Below are positions 39,911 through 52,633 of a stretch of DNA of 64,000 bases, piece by piece (the first letter of the stretch is position 1; each line of letters begins with the position of its first letter). Origin of the DNA: Octopus vulgaris (lineage: Eukaryota); NCBI GenBank assembly GCA_951406725.2, contig OX597825.1, forward strand, positions 67,704,001 through 67,768,000. The letters run 5' to 3'. The position numbers were made by a program, and so were the translations under genes. Below the pieces are notes generated by a model. The model was not told the origin of the DNA. It was given only the letters and a program-made list of their open reading frames with translations, and searched no databases.

Positions 39911-40077
39911 TACGACAGGCTTATTTCAGTTTCCGTCTACCAAATCCACTCACAAGTCATTGGTCGGCCCGGGGCTATAGCAGAAGACACTTGCTCAAGG
40001 TGCCACGCAGTTGGACTGAACCCAGAACCATGTGGTTTGTTAGCAAGCTACTTACCACACAGCCACTCCTGCACCTA
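39630..40077 (-). mobile_element. SINE group B, full length
   Basis: Reverse-complement match to 8437-8822. Confidence 0.92.
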
Positions 40078-41005
40078 TTTCACTATTTATTATTTTTTGG
40101 GGGGGTCAATACATTTTCTATAAAACTATGGTGAATAGGATTCAATACAGTGTTATAGGTCAATAGGCTTTAATGTAACACAGGACAATTTGTATCAATA
40201 TTGTGTACCAAACTTCGATTTCCATTCCTATCCAAGCACGATTAAACAATGCTTGCTTCTTCACAGCGCTAATATATCTTGTCCTCTAAAACCTATGTGC
40301 ACTCAAGTAAAATATATCGTTTACATATTAAGGATTTTGGGGGACAATACAATACAATACGAACCTCTGGCTCTTCGGCAAACAGTCCAATAAGGTAAAA
40401 GAAAAATTCCCAATAGAAATGATCAATTATTGTTCTTTGATACCACCATGCTTTTCCATGAAATCTATATGCTCGCAAGGCCTTGTTCAAGACCTCCTTA
40501 CAATCATCGTTGTATCTAGCAGTTGTAGTTACTCATTCTCACATTGTCAGAACTCAGAGCACAGAAACATCTCATCGAGCTGACTCTTCAGAAGAACACA
40601 CACCGTCTTTCATGCGGATCCTAGTCGTTAGAACAAGAGAAGTGATTTTGACGTTTTCTTTTTACAAGACTTCCGAGAATGGTAGAGAAAATGGGACAAC
40701 GAAACTATGGCTAATGAACCTCAATGACTGGAAGACAAGAAGCTATCCGCTATCTGCAGACCTAATCCCAATTTTTTTGGCAGTCTAAACTTGACTAAAG
40801 TTTCCCAAGGAAAACTCATAGTGTCAAATCGAGCAACGTATTAAATCTTCCAGAACATGTACCGCTTATATAATGGCTTTCTTCTTGTTTACTTCCAGGT
40901 CATTTCCGTTCAAGCATGTCGATTCCAGCCCATCTTTTATTCAACCACATGGTGCTTACAACTACAATTTTCAAGTATGTCATTTGTTAAGACAGTAAAG
41001 TTTTG

Positions 41006-41822
41006 TACGTGGCGGTATCGTAAAGTCCCCGGACTAGTTCTGTAGCGCACCAACAAATAACAGCATACTGTTCCGTGCGCAGTGAGAGCTAGCACTCACC
41101 TTCATGAAGCAATGTGCCGCGTGACATCAATGTGTACATATTGCAAGTTGTGCAATTTTTGTTTTTGTGATCACGTGTATGCTGTAGTCTGGGATTTTGT
41201 CATGAACAAGAAGTTGGAACAAAGAGTCAACGTGAAATTTTGCGTTAAACTTGGGAAGTCTGGTACAGAGATATTGAGCATATTTCAGCAAGCTTATAGC
41301 GACGAGGCAATGGATTGAACACAACGTTTCGAGTGACATGGACGAGAGACGATGGGTGATCTGGAAAACCTGTAATGTCACCTCCAGAAATGTGGTATTG
41401 TACATCGAAAAGTTGTTCCCCAGGACAAGAATGTCAATAGAGAGTCCTACTTAGCCATTTTGAAGCGTTTGATGGAAGATATTCGGCGAGAGCAGCCGGA
41501 TCTCTGGAGCGCGAAGAATGAGATTCTTCACGACGTTAATGATCCGTCACCGAGCTTTCCTCAATCCTGAATTTCTTGCCCCCCCCCCCCCCCCCCCTAA
41601 AAAAAAAACAATGTATCACTTCCGCACCCAACCTTTTCGCCAGATTTAGAAAATGCGGACTTCCATCTTTTCCCTGAGAGGAAAATGCAACTCAAAAATC
41701 GCCGTTTTAACACCATTGTCGAGACCCAGAGCGAATCGCAGAAGGTTCTCGACTCGCTTATGGAAAACGTCTTCCAGACCAGATTCCAAACGTGACAGAA
41801 ACACTGAAACTGGTGTATTGCT
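41006..41822 (+). mobile_element. Internally deleted mariner transposon (pseudogenised transposase)
   Basis: MNKKLEQRVNVKFCVKLGKSGTE...AYSDEAM; HPTFSPDL..DFHLFP..K; ends ...WCIA; stops and frameshifts; 3' TIR missing. Confidence 0.88.
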
Positions 41823-42054
41823 GAGTACATATACAGTAAAAGTTGGCTACGAAGATAGAGCAAAGTTGGTTGCAAGAACAGTCTCTGTAAAGATACGATG
41901 TAACCAGTCGAAGTAAACCCGAGCGACGAAGAAGCACATTACACAAGACATCCAACAAGGATTGTAGATGAAGCGCGAAAATCAAAGTTGGAATTTCTTC
42001 TATACACTATTCTTCTATACACAATCATACACACCCGTGTATGTATCATAAAGA

Positions 42055-42633
42055 TGATTATATCAGTGGCCTGGCGCATAAAAATGGCCGTCTAGGTAAC
42101 ATTAACTTTTATACGTATATAATTATAAAAATTTAATTATAGTTAAGGGCTACTGGAAATAACCAGCGCCTGCGCTAGAAGTAGATGTCAAATACCTACA
42201 ATCCACTCTAAAATTTGTTCTCTATATTCAACCACAGAAAATATATAATATTTTAGATAATTCTATAACTCGAGATTTCATGCTCTGCAATGCTACTGGT
42301 TATTTGCAAGCGCTGGTTATTTCCAGTAGCCCTTAACTATAATTATATTTTTATAATTACATACGTCAAAAAAAAATCAATGTTACCTATACGGTCATTT
42401 TTATGCTCTAGGCTTCTCATATAATTGCAGAGCAATCTTTTGCAGAGCATGAAATCTCGAGGTATAGAATTATCCAGAATGTTGTATGTGTTCTTGCTCA
42501 TTCCCTCGCGTTCATACCTGTGGTTGAATATAGGGAAAAGATTTTAGAGTGGATTGTAGGTGTTTGACATCTATTTCTAGCGCAGGCGCTGGTTATTTCC
42601 AGTAACCCTTAACTATAATTATGTTTTTATAAT

Positions 42634-42637
<4 letters not shown>
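42055..42637. repeat. Nested inverted/tandem foldback structure
   Basis: attatagttaagggctactggaaataaccagcgc occurs once on + and twice as reverse complement (~42310, ~42586); 42117-42290 mirrors 42440-42637. Confidence 0.85.
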
Positions 42638-42717
<80 letters not shown>

Positions 42718-42720
<3 letters not shown>

Positions 42721-43026
42721 AGGCGATATGGCCTAGTGGTTAGGGCAGCGGACTCGCGGTCGTAGGATCGCGGTTTCGATTCCCAGACCGGGCGTTGTGA
42801 GTGTTTATTGAGCGAAAACACCTAAAGCTCCACGAGCCTCCGGCCTAGGGTGGTGGCGATCCCTGCTGTACTCTTTCGCCTCAACTTTCTCTCACTCTTT
42901 CTTCTGTTGGCCTGCTCGCTTAGCCAGCGGGGTGGCATCATTTGAAGGCTAAAACAATGCGAGGCGCGTTGTGACCAGCGATGTGTAACAACATCTGATA
43001 GCCTGGTCGGTCACGGTGATCACGGT

Positions 43027-43030
<4 letters not shown>
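42718..43030 (+). mobile_element. SINE group C head with alternative tail 2
   Basis: Same head as 39174, then tcttctgttggcctgctcgcttagccagcggggtgg...(tcacggtga)2. Confidence 0.82.
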
Positions 43031-43069
<39 letters not shown>

Positions 43070-43410
43070 TTTTTTATTTTTTTACTTGTTTCAGTCATTA
43101 GACTGCGGCCATGCTGAAACACCCCCGTGAAGGGTTTTAGTGGAACAAATCGACCCCAGGACTTATTTTTTAGGCTTAATACTTATTTAATTGAATCATT
43201 TTGCTGAACCGCTAGGTTCCGTGAGACGTAAACACATAAACACCAGTTGTCCCGCGTTGGTGGGGGGGGGGGACAAAGAGACACAAAGACACACACATAT
43301 AGACATATATATATGACGAGCTTTGGTTGGCTCGAGGCTGTAACGGAAGACGCTCAAGGTGCGATGCGGTGGGACTGAACCCGGAGCCATGTGCTTGGAA
43401 AGCAAGCTTC
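43070..43410 (-). mobile_element. SINE group B, degenerate
   Basis: tttacttgtttcagtcattagactgcggccatgctg...gggactgaacccggagccatgtg. Confidence 0.8.
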
Positions 43411-45400
43411 TTTATTTTATGAAATTGACCATGAAGGCCTTACACAAAGAGGACAGCACAAGGTAGGGACAAAAAAAATCAAAACGAATGAAAGGAATGA
43501 ATTTATATAATGAAATATGAAAGGAAGCCGTTTGGCCCCCACCTCCGAGCGACTTCATTGAACCTGTTAATACAGCCTTTTTTTAAGCTAGTTTATAATG
43601 CTTATTTTTTTTTCATTTTTAGCGACAGCTAATGACCATCTTTCCGAAGAATGTTTACATTATATTTTTTTAGGCGTAGGAGTGGTTGTATGGTAAGTAC
43701 AAACCACATGGCTCCGAGCTCAGTCCCACTGCGTGGCACCCCGGGCAAGAGTCTTCTACAATAGCTTCGGGCCGACCAAAGCCTTGTGAGTGGATTTGGT
43801 AGACGGAAACTGAAAGAAGCCCGTCGTATATATGTATGTGTGTGTATATGTTTGTGTGTCTGTGTTTGTCTCCCCCCACCCCAGCATCGCTTGACAACCG
43901 ATGCTGGTGTGTTTAAGTCCCCGTAACTTAGCGGTTCGGCAAAAGAGCCCGATAGAATAAGTACTAGGCTTACAGAGAATAAGTCCTGGGGTCGATTTGC
44001 TGGACTAGATGCGGTGCTCCAGCATGACTACAGTCACATGACTGAAACGAGTAAAAGAGTAAAAGAGTAAATATCCTGAAAACTTGTTTCGGCATTGAGC
44101 TGGTGTCAAATTTCTTGACCCACCACATAGCCCTTCAATTCCGATATATATTCTGGGTCTGCCACTACACTATAATATGTACTCGGGCACCACTTTTATA
44201 GCATTGTCCCACAATTCTATTTTGTCATACAGTTCTTCGTTTTCTCCATTGTACAATATATGTTTTTTCAAAGGCGAGGGTGAGGAAATTTGGGGCTCCT
44301 ATGTGCTTGTGTTTGTCTTCATGTCAAGTGGGGCATAGAGAGGGCTGGTGTCTCTAGGAGTTGATTGGGGTAAAATGGGTGTGGGTGGGAGTCGGGTAGG
44401 TGTGGGTTGGGGTCATCCTTCACCACGTGGCTCCTCTTCCTGCTCTTCTTCTCCACCATTTCCCAGCTGGTACCCTGGTACCTGTCTTCTTCTGTGGTTC
44501 CACCTCACTTCTCCATAGGCAGTGTAACACCAACCACATTTTCCTTCAGTCTCTCCTTGTCCTTCCCCTTCCACTCAGACCCTTAAAATCGTCTCTCCCA
44601 CTGTAATACTTTCGACCTTTTTCTTCGATGTCCTCCTCCGCGATTTGCACCACCATGTCATGGGTTTGTCCCTTCCAGTTCCTATGAGGTGTTTTGATGG
44701 TCTGTAGGACCACCACCTTCTCCTCCATTCCAGGTAGTATAGCAGCCACCAACCAGGCTACATCCACCTCTGGAGGTATTTCCTCCACCCTAACACTGGA
44801 AGCACGTCACCCAAGGTATAAGGGTATACGGGTAGAAGAATTACCTCATTCGTTTTCAGCAGTGTTGCCGAGTGCAGCCTGGTGGTAGCTACCTTTTCGC
44901 ACTGCACCTCTACCGTTCCAAATTTTTTACCTCTTGCAAGATACGAAATCCCTTGTCAGACTGATCTTAACACCTTTTCTATCTGTACCGTAGACATGTT
45001 ATCAATTTTTCCAGCTGCCACCAAGTACGTGCTATAAACTACCGTTATTTCCGCTGTTTTTTTTAAGAGTTCTTCGGTGGAGAACACCTTCACTTCGTTC
45101 CCCTCCCTTTTCAGTATTACCTTATACTTGCTTACATCTTCCAGCCTTATGTCTTCGTACTTTTCTTCCGTCGCAGCACCATAATTTCTATTTTCCATAG
45201 CCTTGTCTATTTTCTTCAGGCACTCAACCATTTCTTCCTCAGACGACACATAGTCCGAGGGAGAGCAGCTTTCCACGTTTGACACAGAACAACTTAAACT
45301 TTTCGCAACTCCTCGGTGGACGCCTCTCCATCACACAAGAGGAAAAACGTCACACGGCCAAAAAGACACGTCTATCTCACACAAATCCAACAAAACAAAT
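43411..45400 (-). mobile_element. LINE derivative with a disrupted ORF1-like region and a 3' tail, ORF2 apparently absent (L1/Tx1-like; inferred)
   Basis: Collinear minus-strand ORF pieces 45285-44546 (MSNVESCSP...YLARGKKFGTVEV...VRVEEIPPEVDVAWLVAAIL); tail at 43411-43470 resembles the SINE A long tail. Confidence 0.55.
43670..44070 (+). mobile_element. SINE group B, full length, nested in the LINE derivative
   Basis: taggcgtaggagtggttgtatggtaag...gagtaaaagagtaaa. Confidence 0.92.
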
Positions 45401-46709
45401 GAATCACGTCAAACCGTAAGCGAGCTTCTTACCACACGGCCACACCTGAAGTTGGAACCTGAATATCTGACTGATCTTTCTCGTGGAGCTTGCCTCTTCC
45501 TCTACGTTACTCGTGACACTAATCTCATTATAAATACACTGTCGAATGACAAAGAACTGAAATAAAATTAAGAACAACGAATTTTTATTATTTGTTGAAA
45601 TACCATAGCGATTAATTCCAAAATCGTTAAATACCGAAATTTAATTGAAGTAATTGAATATTGGCAGAACATAATTGGTCTTAAATTTAGGTAGGGATAT
45701 AACTCTATTTCCGTTAGTATTTATTTTATTTTATTTCATTCTGTTTTTCTAAGAGAAGAACTAATTCTAAAACGACCAACTGAAACCAGTAAAATCGATA
45801 ATGCTTGCCGCATTCATTGTATTCTCTTGGGTCATATACATTTCATACATGCTTAACTTAACAATATTTCGTTGTCGTTGTTTTGTAAAGTTGCTTGCAT
45901 TAACGAAACATTGTCCTCCTTGACACAAACTTATACAGCATTTGACGATTGCTGAATAAAGCACAAATACAAAACCTGAATTTGTTATATAATTTATCAT
46001 TCTAACAGTATTTCAGAGATAACTTTAAATCTATTAAACATTGTGCATTTAATCATCTGTTTTTAATCGACGATATTTTGTCCGTTGAAACATGTGAATA
46101 ATCTAATAGACTTTTCTTTATTTTGACATTATTAGAAAACAGATAGCAATGACAGTTAGAATACCTCCCTTGTGCCTCTTTCCGGCAGAAAAAATAAACT
46201 TTTGAAAAGCTCTAGGCCGAACACCATTTTAAATGAAAACCTGAAAATAATTCGTATATATTATTTCCACCACAATATTCAAGCAAACGAACCCATAAAC
46301 ATAGTTTTTAACAACATGTAACGATGATAATAATAGTTATATAAAGTTTTGCTTTAACAATTTGCTTTAACTATTCATCAAAAGTTTTTGATTGTATTCA
46401 ACGTCTCTAGAAGCCCGGCTAAAATTGCTTTGACTCTGTTCTTTCTTTTCCATTGAATATTTCTTTGAAGTCAGACACCTTTCAATTCTGTCAATTTCTT
46501 CAACTATACAGGAACTTAACCCTGTCTTTCTTCTTTCCTTTCGTGCCATCTCTCTGAATGTTGAATCTCAAGCACCTCGTTAAAAGACTGCCATATGTAT
46601 GTATGTATGCACGTATGTCTATATATATATATATATATGAAAATTTACAAACAAAAAAACAAAACACGAAGACTGCCATATTTATGTATGTATGCACGTA
46701 TGTATATAT

Positions 46710-47552
46710 ATAATGAGAATTTACAAAAAAAAAACTTAAGACGAAAACGGGTGTGTAAACAGCAAACAGATGTATTAGTTTAACGGGAAGTGAGAAAGTC
46801 TTTTACGTTTCGAGCCTACACTCTTCGACAGAACTGAACACAGAAATAAACGGGGAGAGAAAATAGAAAAAGTTATGGTGGCTAGCGATCTATCATGGCA
46901 AATGCCGGACAGAGTGGTCGCACAGGAGAGCTAGGAAGAAGGGGGGAAATAAAGTAATGGTGATCCCAAAACGAAGGTGCGCGTGGTGTTGAGAGCGTGT
47001 GTGTGTATGTGAGAGCGTGTGTGTGTATGTGAGAGCGTGTGTGTGTATGTGAGAGCGTGTATGTGCGTGTGCATACGTGTGGAGCGGACTGGTGATATTG
47101 ACGTGTGCGTGTGTACATGTGTAGGTGTGTGGATGATGGTGTAGGTGCAGGGAAGTGGTTAGTGCTAGTGTGTGTACTGGTGTGGGTGCTGGGAAGTGGT
47201 CGGTGCTAGTGTGTGCGGGGTGGTGTGATATGGTGTAGTGTGGTGTGGTGTGGTGTGGTGTGGTGGTGGGGTGGGGTGGTTGGGATGTATAGGGATGGTA
47301 GGGTTGGAAGGGAGAAGGTGGGTGGGAGTGCAGAGCGGAAGTAGGTGCCAGAACAAGAGAGGAGAGGTGGGTGGGAGGAAGTAGGTGTGAGAGGACTAGA
47401 GGAGAGAAGAGGAGGGTTAGATGAAGAGGGGAGGAGATTTGAGGCCATGCGGCGCAAAGGAGTGAAGAGAGAAGATTAATCCCAGCTCACGGCGAAAACG
47501 GGAGTCCAGATGGCCCCTGTGCAAGGACAATGCGAATACAGACAGGTGTTTT
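46710..47552 (-). mobile_element. Penelope-like element 3' remnant with simple-repeat 3' region and pLTR
   Basis: HLSVFALSLHRGHLDSRFRRELGLIFSLHSFAPHGLKS (47550-47437) fits the GIY-YIG C-terminal R..E..I..L....P.GLN motif. Confidence 0.75.
46800..46834 (-). ncRNA. Minimal hammerhead-like motif, CUGUCGA variant
   Basis: UU-CUGUCGA-A-GAGU-GUAG-GCUC-GAAA-CG-UA-AAAG in the PLE terminal region. Confidence 0.45.
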
Positions 47553-47584
47553 AAAGAGTGACCGGTAGACTTCTACTATACTGA

Positions 47585-48105
47585 GTTCTTATTTCTTTGT
47601 CCTTGGGGTTATCCTTCCGATGGTTTTCATTATAGAGTGTCCTAGCTACAATGTCATGTCTCATCGGTAGATAATACTGTGATAGCATTTTCGGACAACT
47701 GCCTATGATGTGGGTGATATCTTCGGTGTTAACACCTTAAAGTCTGCATCGGTTGTCACATGTTACTGCTTTTCTTGCATCTCTATCCCTTTTGCACATC
47801 AAGTATTTGGTTGATATTTCCTGTTCCTGGATTGCAAACGCATATCCTTCAAAGTGGGAGGTAGTAATCCGGCTATTGGTTCATGATAGACTGCTTTAAT
47901 GATCAATCTTAGTATCATCTCGGAAGTTTCTACTAACATATCTCTACATTGTCATCTGCTCATATACGCTCATTCTTTCATCTGATGATACTTTTCGGTA
48001 GTCATGTGACTTCTTTGGGCATCTATTTAAGTTTATCAAACAAAGAGTGTTGCTCAAGGAGCTGCCTTCCAAGTCTTATGATGCTATCAGCCTCATGTAT
48101 GCAAA
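47585..48105 (-). mobile_element. R4/Dong-like LINE remnant (CCHC zinc knuckle region)
   Basis: HFEGYAFAIQEQEISTKY...CDNRCRL*GVNTEDITHIIGSCPKM..YYLPMRHDIVAR. Confidence 0.82.
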
Positions 48106-48219
48106 CTTGGTCTAGGAATGCACTTCGACACTTGTATGTACGTTTGTATGTATATATGTATGTATGCATGTATGCATGTATGTATTTATGCATGTATGTA
48201 TGTATACATGTATGTATGC

Positions 48220-49138
48220 AGGAGGATAAAGATAAAGGTGTACAAGACGTGTGTCCTCTCTTCTCTTCTCTATGCCTGTGTGACCTGGGTCACATATCCA
48301 TACCACCTTAAACAACTGGAACATTTCCATCAGATGTGTCTCAGATGGATCAATGGCATTAAGTGGGAGGACCGCATCAGTGATCTTGAGATATTGGAAA
48401 GTTCTTGGTGTGAAAGTATAGAAGCTCTTGTGTTGCAGCAAAGGCTCAGATGGAGTGTTCATCTGGTTTGGATGAAAGATTCAAGGATACCAAACCAACT
48501 CTTTTAATGGAGAGTTAGCTAAAGAAGATCGACCTCCATATAAACCAAATAAAAGGCATAAAGATTTGCTGAAGGCTTCTTTAAGAGATGCTAGCATCTC
48601 TCCCGACACATGGGAGGGCATAGCTATTGACCGTAGCAGGTGGAGAAGGATTGTGTATGAGGGGACAGCTACTTTTGAGAAATCTCGAGTTGCGCTTAAG
48701 AAAGTAAGGAGGGATGTCAGGAAGGGCATTGCTGTTACACTTCCAGACGGTAAGGGTCTTCCTATGACGCTCACATGCAGTGTATGTGCAAGACCCTGCT
48801 TCAGTAAAGCTGGACTCAAGAGTCATCTTCGTAGTCATAAAGCGAGACAGATGAGTGACAATCAGGCCACTGGTGGTAGTGCTACACACCATACTAATTA
48901 TATCTGCCAAGCATGTGGAAGGGAGTGTAATTCGGCGGAAGGACTTACACGATAAGCAAAGGTACATGAAGGCCAGTTACAACTACAGCCGGCTATTGCC
49001 GGTAAAGGTTTTTGCTGCCAATTCTGTACAAGATATTGTAGATTTTTAGCTGGGCTAAAAAGTCACATTCCATCACAGCATCAATAACAGTTAAGCTTCG
49101 TGCAATGACCATAATCGATAACGAGGGGGCAGCCATCA
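48220..49138 (+). mobile_element. RTE-clade LINE 3' portion with three C2H2-like fingers, in (ATGT)n
   Basis: KIKVYKTCVLSSLLYACVTW...LRWSVHL..RIP..GEL...DRSRWR; CSVC..HLRSH, CQAC..., CQFC..HIPSQH. Confidence 0.9.
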
Positions 49139-49234
49139 TGTATGTATGTATGTATGCATGTATGTATGTATGTATGTATGTATGCATGCATGCATTTATG
49201 TATGTATGCATGTATGTATACACGTATGTATGTA

Positions 49235-50397
49235 TGCGTTTTTAGTTCATTCTGATTGTTTAATGTATCTTTTTTTTCAGATTATCCTTTCAAGATATCA
49301 TGCTAACTCAAGAAATGAAAAGACAGGCAGTCGTTGTTGCCATACATGCAAACCACAGTGATTTAGAAATTAGGCAACTTCCTAAATGTTGCAAGATCAT
49401 TTGGACGCAAAGTTCGGTTGGAATTGGAGGTATGGGATGGCAATGTTTCACCTGTATCAAAGAGAGAAAAACATTCACAACGCTCAGACACTAAAAGGAC
49501 AATGTGGTCCATTGCTAAAGAACGTCGGGTGTCAGAGTGGACTATCAGAACTGTAGTACATCGTTACATTCGATACAAGTTCTATGTAATGTGGAAAAAC
49601 CGATTAGTGCCTGCAAAGACAGGAAAAACCATCTCATCCGTTCAAAGCGCTTACTTACAAAGTAAAAAACCCTCATGAACAAAGCATGCTTTGGGTTTTC
49701 TCTGACGAAAAAATCTTTGATCAGGATCAAAAGTCTAACAGAAAAAATGAGATGTGGTTATGTTCAGATCCTTCTGAAGTACCAAGAGTGATGCACACGA
49801 TATTTTCAGCAACAGTGATGGTTTTAGGAGCGGTAATTAGCGAAGGTCATGTGATGCTTCCCCACTTTTTTTCCACGGGGTCTTAGAATTTATGCTGCTG
49901 GATACATTGAGGTACTGGAAACAGTTATCAAGCCGTGGATTGCTGAAGTATGCAATGGAAGACCATACGTGTTTCAACAAGATTCAGCATCTTCTCACAA
50001 AGCCCTAGTCACCCAAGAATGGTTTCAGACAATCTTATGATTATGTATGCCCAATATGTCGCCTCCAAACTCGCCAGATTTGAAATCCATGGACTACTAC
50101 GTGTGAAGCGCTGTTGAAAGGGAGACTAATCGTCATCCTCATAACACCATAGCTTCACTGAAGGCTGCCATTGTCCAGGTGATGTTCGAAATGAATAAGG
50201 ACCATATAGTGTCAGCATTGCCAACGGTTCCGGTCCCGCAGTTATCAAAGCAGAAGGTGATTTCATAGAATAATTTGCTTAAAAAATCATTATCAAGACT
50301 AATTGCACAAATGTTTATTCAAATACAATTTTATTTACGCTTAAATATAGTTGTTTTATTGTATACTACAACTGTTCTCAAATACCCCTCGCACCCT
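49235..50397 (+). mobile_element. Tc1/mariner DD37D (maT-like) transposon, decayed
   Basis: FSDEK.F, VMVLG.V, FQQDSASSH, PPNSPDLKSMDY, AEGDFIE*; D-D spacing ~37 after frameshift repair. Confidence 0.88.
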
Positions 50398-50767
50398 CAA
50401 GGTTTTTGAAATTTGTCTCTGTCTTTACACATATATAATCCCCACCTATTACCGAAAGCTGAACAGTTATCTCCCCTACCCACAACAATAACAATAATAG
50501 CGACAACCAATTACCTCCCTTTATTTATCTACTTGTGAAGTCATTCACTCGTGAATTTCATCATCACACACAACATGGACAAAATTTCTTCTTAAGAAAA
50601 AATATATATTCAAATAAGTAAAACATAATATCATGACTAGCGATAGCGAAACCGGTCGATATATTAAAAATTATATTAAAACTATGTAAGTGTGCGTATT
50701 TTCCTTTTTTAATTTCTTATATACATTACAACTCACCACGTGGAATAATCAAAAATCCTCTTTTCTG

Positions 50768-50828
<61 letters not shown>

Positions 50829-51976
50829 TCATATAGAAATGGCCAAAAATGACCTAGATACCAATCAGTGTATAGAGAATACCGATCTCGTTTTTCATTA
50901 TTATAAGGTGGCTTGATTTCTCTTTACGCTTCATCTAGCTGACGACAACTGAACGTAACTTAAGCCCGTTTTATATTTATTTATTGTTTTTCATTGGAGA
51001 CAGGAAATAATGTCCAGTGTCGTTCGTGTTTTCTATTGCTTTTTTTCTACTTTTCTATCTTTCTTTATTGGAAATTTTTGCAATTCTGAAGAGGATATTT
51101 TATAAAGTTTCCAACTATACAAAGCTTCCTCCTTCATCATCAACATTGTCGTATTGTTTTGTTCTACATTATACGCAACTCACCACCATTCTTCAGTTTG
51201 GTGTTGTCTTACAAATGCTGTATGAGTGTGTCTCTCTATATGTGTGTCTCTATATGTGTGTCTCTATATGCGTGTCTCTATATGTGTGTGTCTTTGTATG
51301 TATGTGTGTCTCTGTATGTGTATGCGTGTGTTTGTGTGTGAGTGTGTGTATTTTGCCTTACGTCGAAAATTTTGTTCGGTAGTTTGTCTACTTTGACAAA
51401 TTCATCTAAATTTCTTGATCTTGTTTAAGTGAACACTTACTTATGCGTCTCTATAGATCAATTAAAATCCTATATTGTTTTGACCTTTTACATACATAAT
51501 ACATACATACATCATGGGTGTGTATGCATGTATGTATGTATGTATGTATGTATGTGTATATATACGTGCGTGTTTGTACTTTTAATCTCGTATTGTTTCA
51601 AATAACCAGATTCATATCTTTCTTCTGTCTCGAAAGTATACGAACAAAGCAATATCAATTAGTATCAATGTACTTTACAATAGATACCGGACCGCTGATG
51701 TGGTTTTTTCTGTCTCTTCTCATTTGCCATGATCAACTCTTTTATGATATTAATGTTCTGGCTTCCTCAAATTCTCTTCTCAGTATTTGTCTACATTCAT
51801 TTCAATTTTTCAAACTGTTATTTATCCTATAAATAACAATGAATAGTTTCTTCTCCAAGCTGTAACACGACGTATCCGTTGTGTAAGAATTAGATGAAAA
51901 CTGTGTGAAAATATATCATATGAAAGTGCATGTATGTCTGCCTGTGTGTTTGTATGTGTACGTGTGGTTGTCTGTC

Positions 51977-52359
51977 TGTGTGAAGAGCTGTTGAAAGGGA
52001 GACTAATCGTCATCCTCATAATAACATATATTTCTTTACTACCCACAAGGGGCTAAACACAGAGGGGACAAACGAGGACAGACAAAGGGATTAAGTCGAT
52101 TACATCGACGCCAGTGCGTAACTGGTACTTAATTTATCGACCCCGAAAGGATAAAAGGCAAATTCGACCTCGGCGGAATTTGAACTCAGAACGCAGCGGC
52201 GGACGAAATACTGCAAAGCATTTCGCCCGGCGTGCTCACGTTTCTTCCAGCTCACCGCCTCATAATAACATAGTTTCACTGAAGGCTACCATTGTCCAGG
52301 TGATGTTCGAAATGAATAAGGACCATATTGTGTCAGCATTGCTCACGGTTCCGGTCTCG
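51977..52359 (+). mobile_element. Short second copy of the DD37D segment 50100-50238, split by a SINE
   Basis: gctgttgaaagggagactaatcgtcatcctcataa...cacggttccggtc. Confidence 0.88.
52029..52259 (-). mobile_element. SINE group A (long tail), full length
   Basis: 13-bp TSD tcataataacata (52016-52028, 52260-52272). Confidence 0.93.
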
Positions 52360-52582
52360 TGTTTGTATGCGTGTGTGCGCCTTTGCGTTTGTCTCACCAT
52401 CGCTTGACAAGCAACGTTGGTTTGTTTACATCTCCGTGATTTAGTCGTTCGGTAAACAGGATCAATGGATAAGCAACAGATTTGAAATAAATAACGAAAT
52501 CGATTCCTCCGACTAAACACATCAAGGCAGCGCCCTAGCATGATTACAACCCAGTGGCTGCAACAGGTAAAAGAATAAAAAG
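52360..52582 (+). mobile_element. SINE group B 3' half, old
   Basis: catcgcttgacaag...aaggcagcgccctagcatg...ggtaaaagaataaaa. Confidence 0.7.
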
Positions 52583-52597
52583 ATATCTGAGACAAAT

Positions 52598-52633
<36 letters not shown>

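Noticed and set aside
50935-50965. CUGACGA...GAACGUA motif near a TA tract
   Set aside because: No stem II and an incomplete GAAA; chance match
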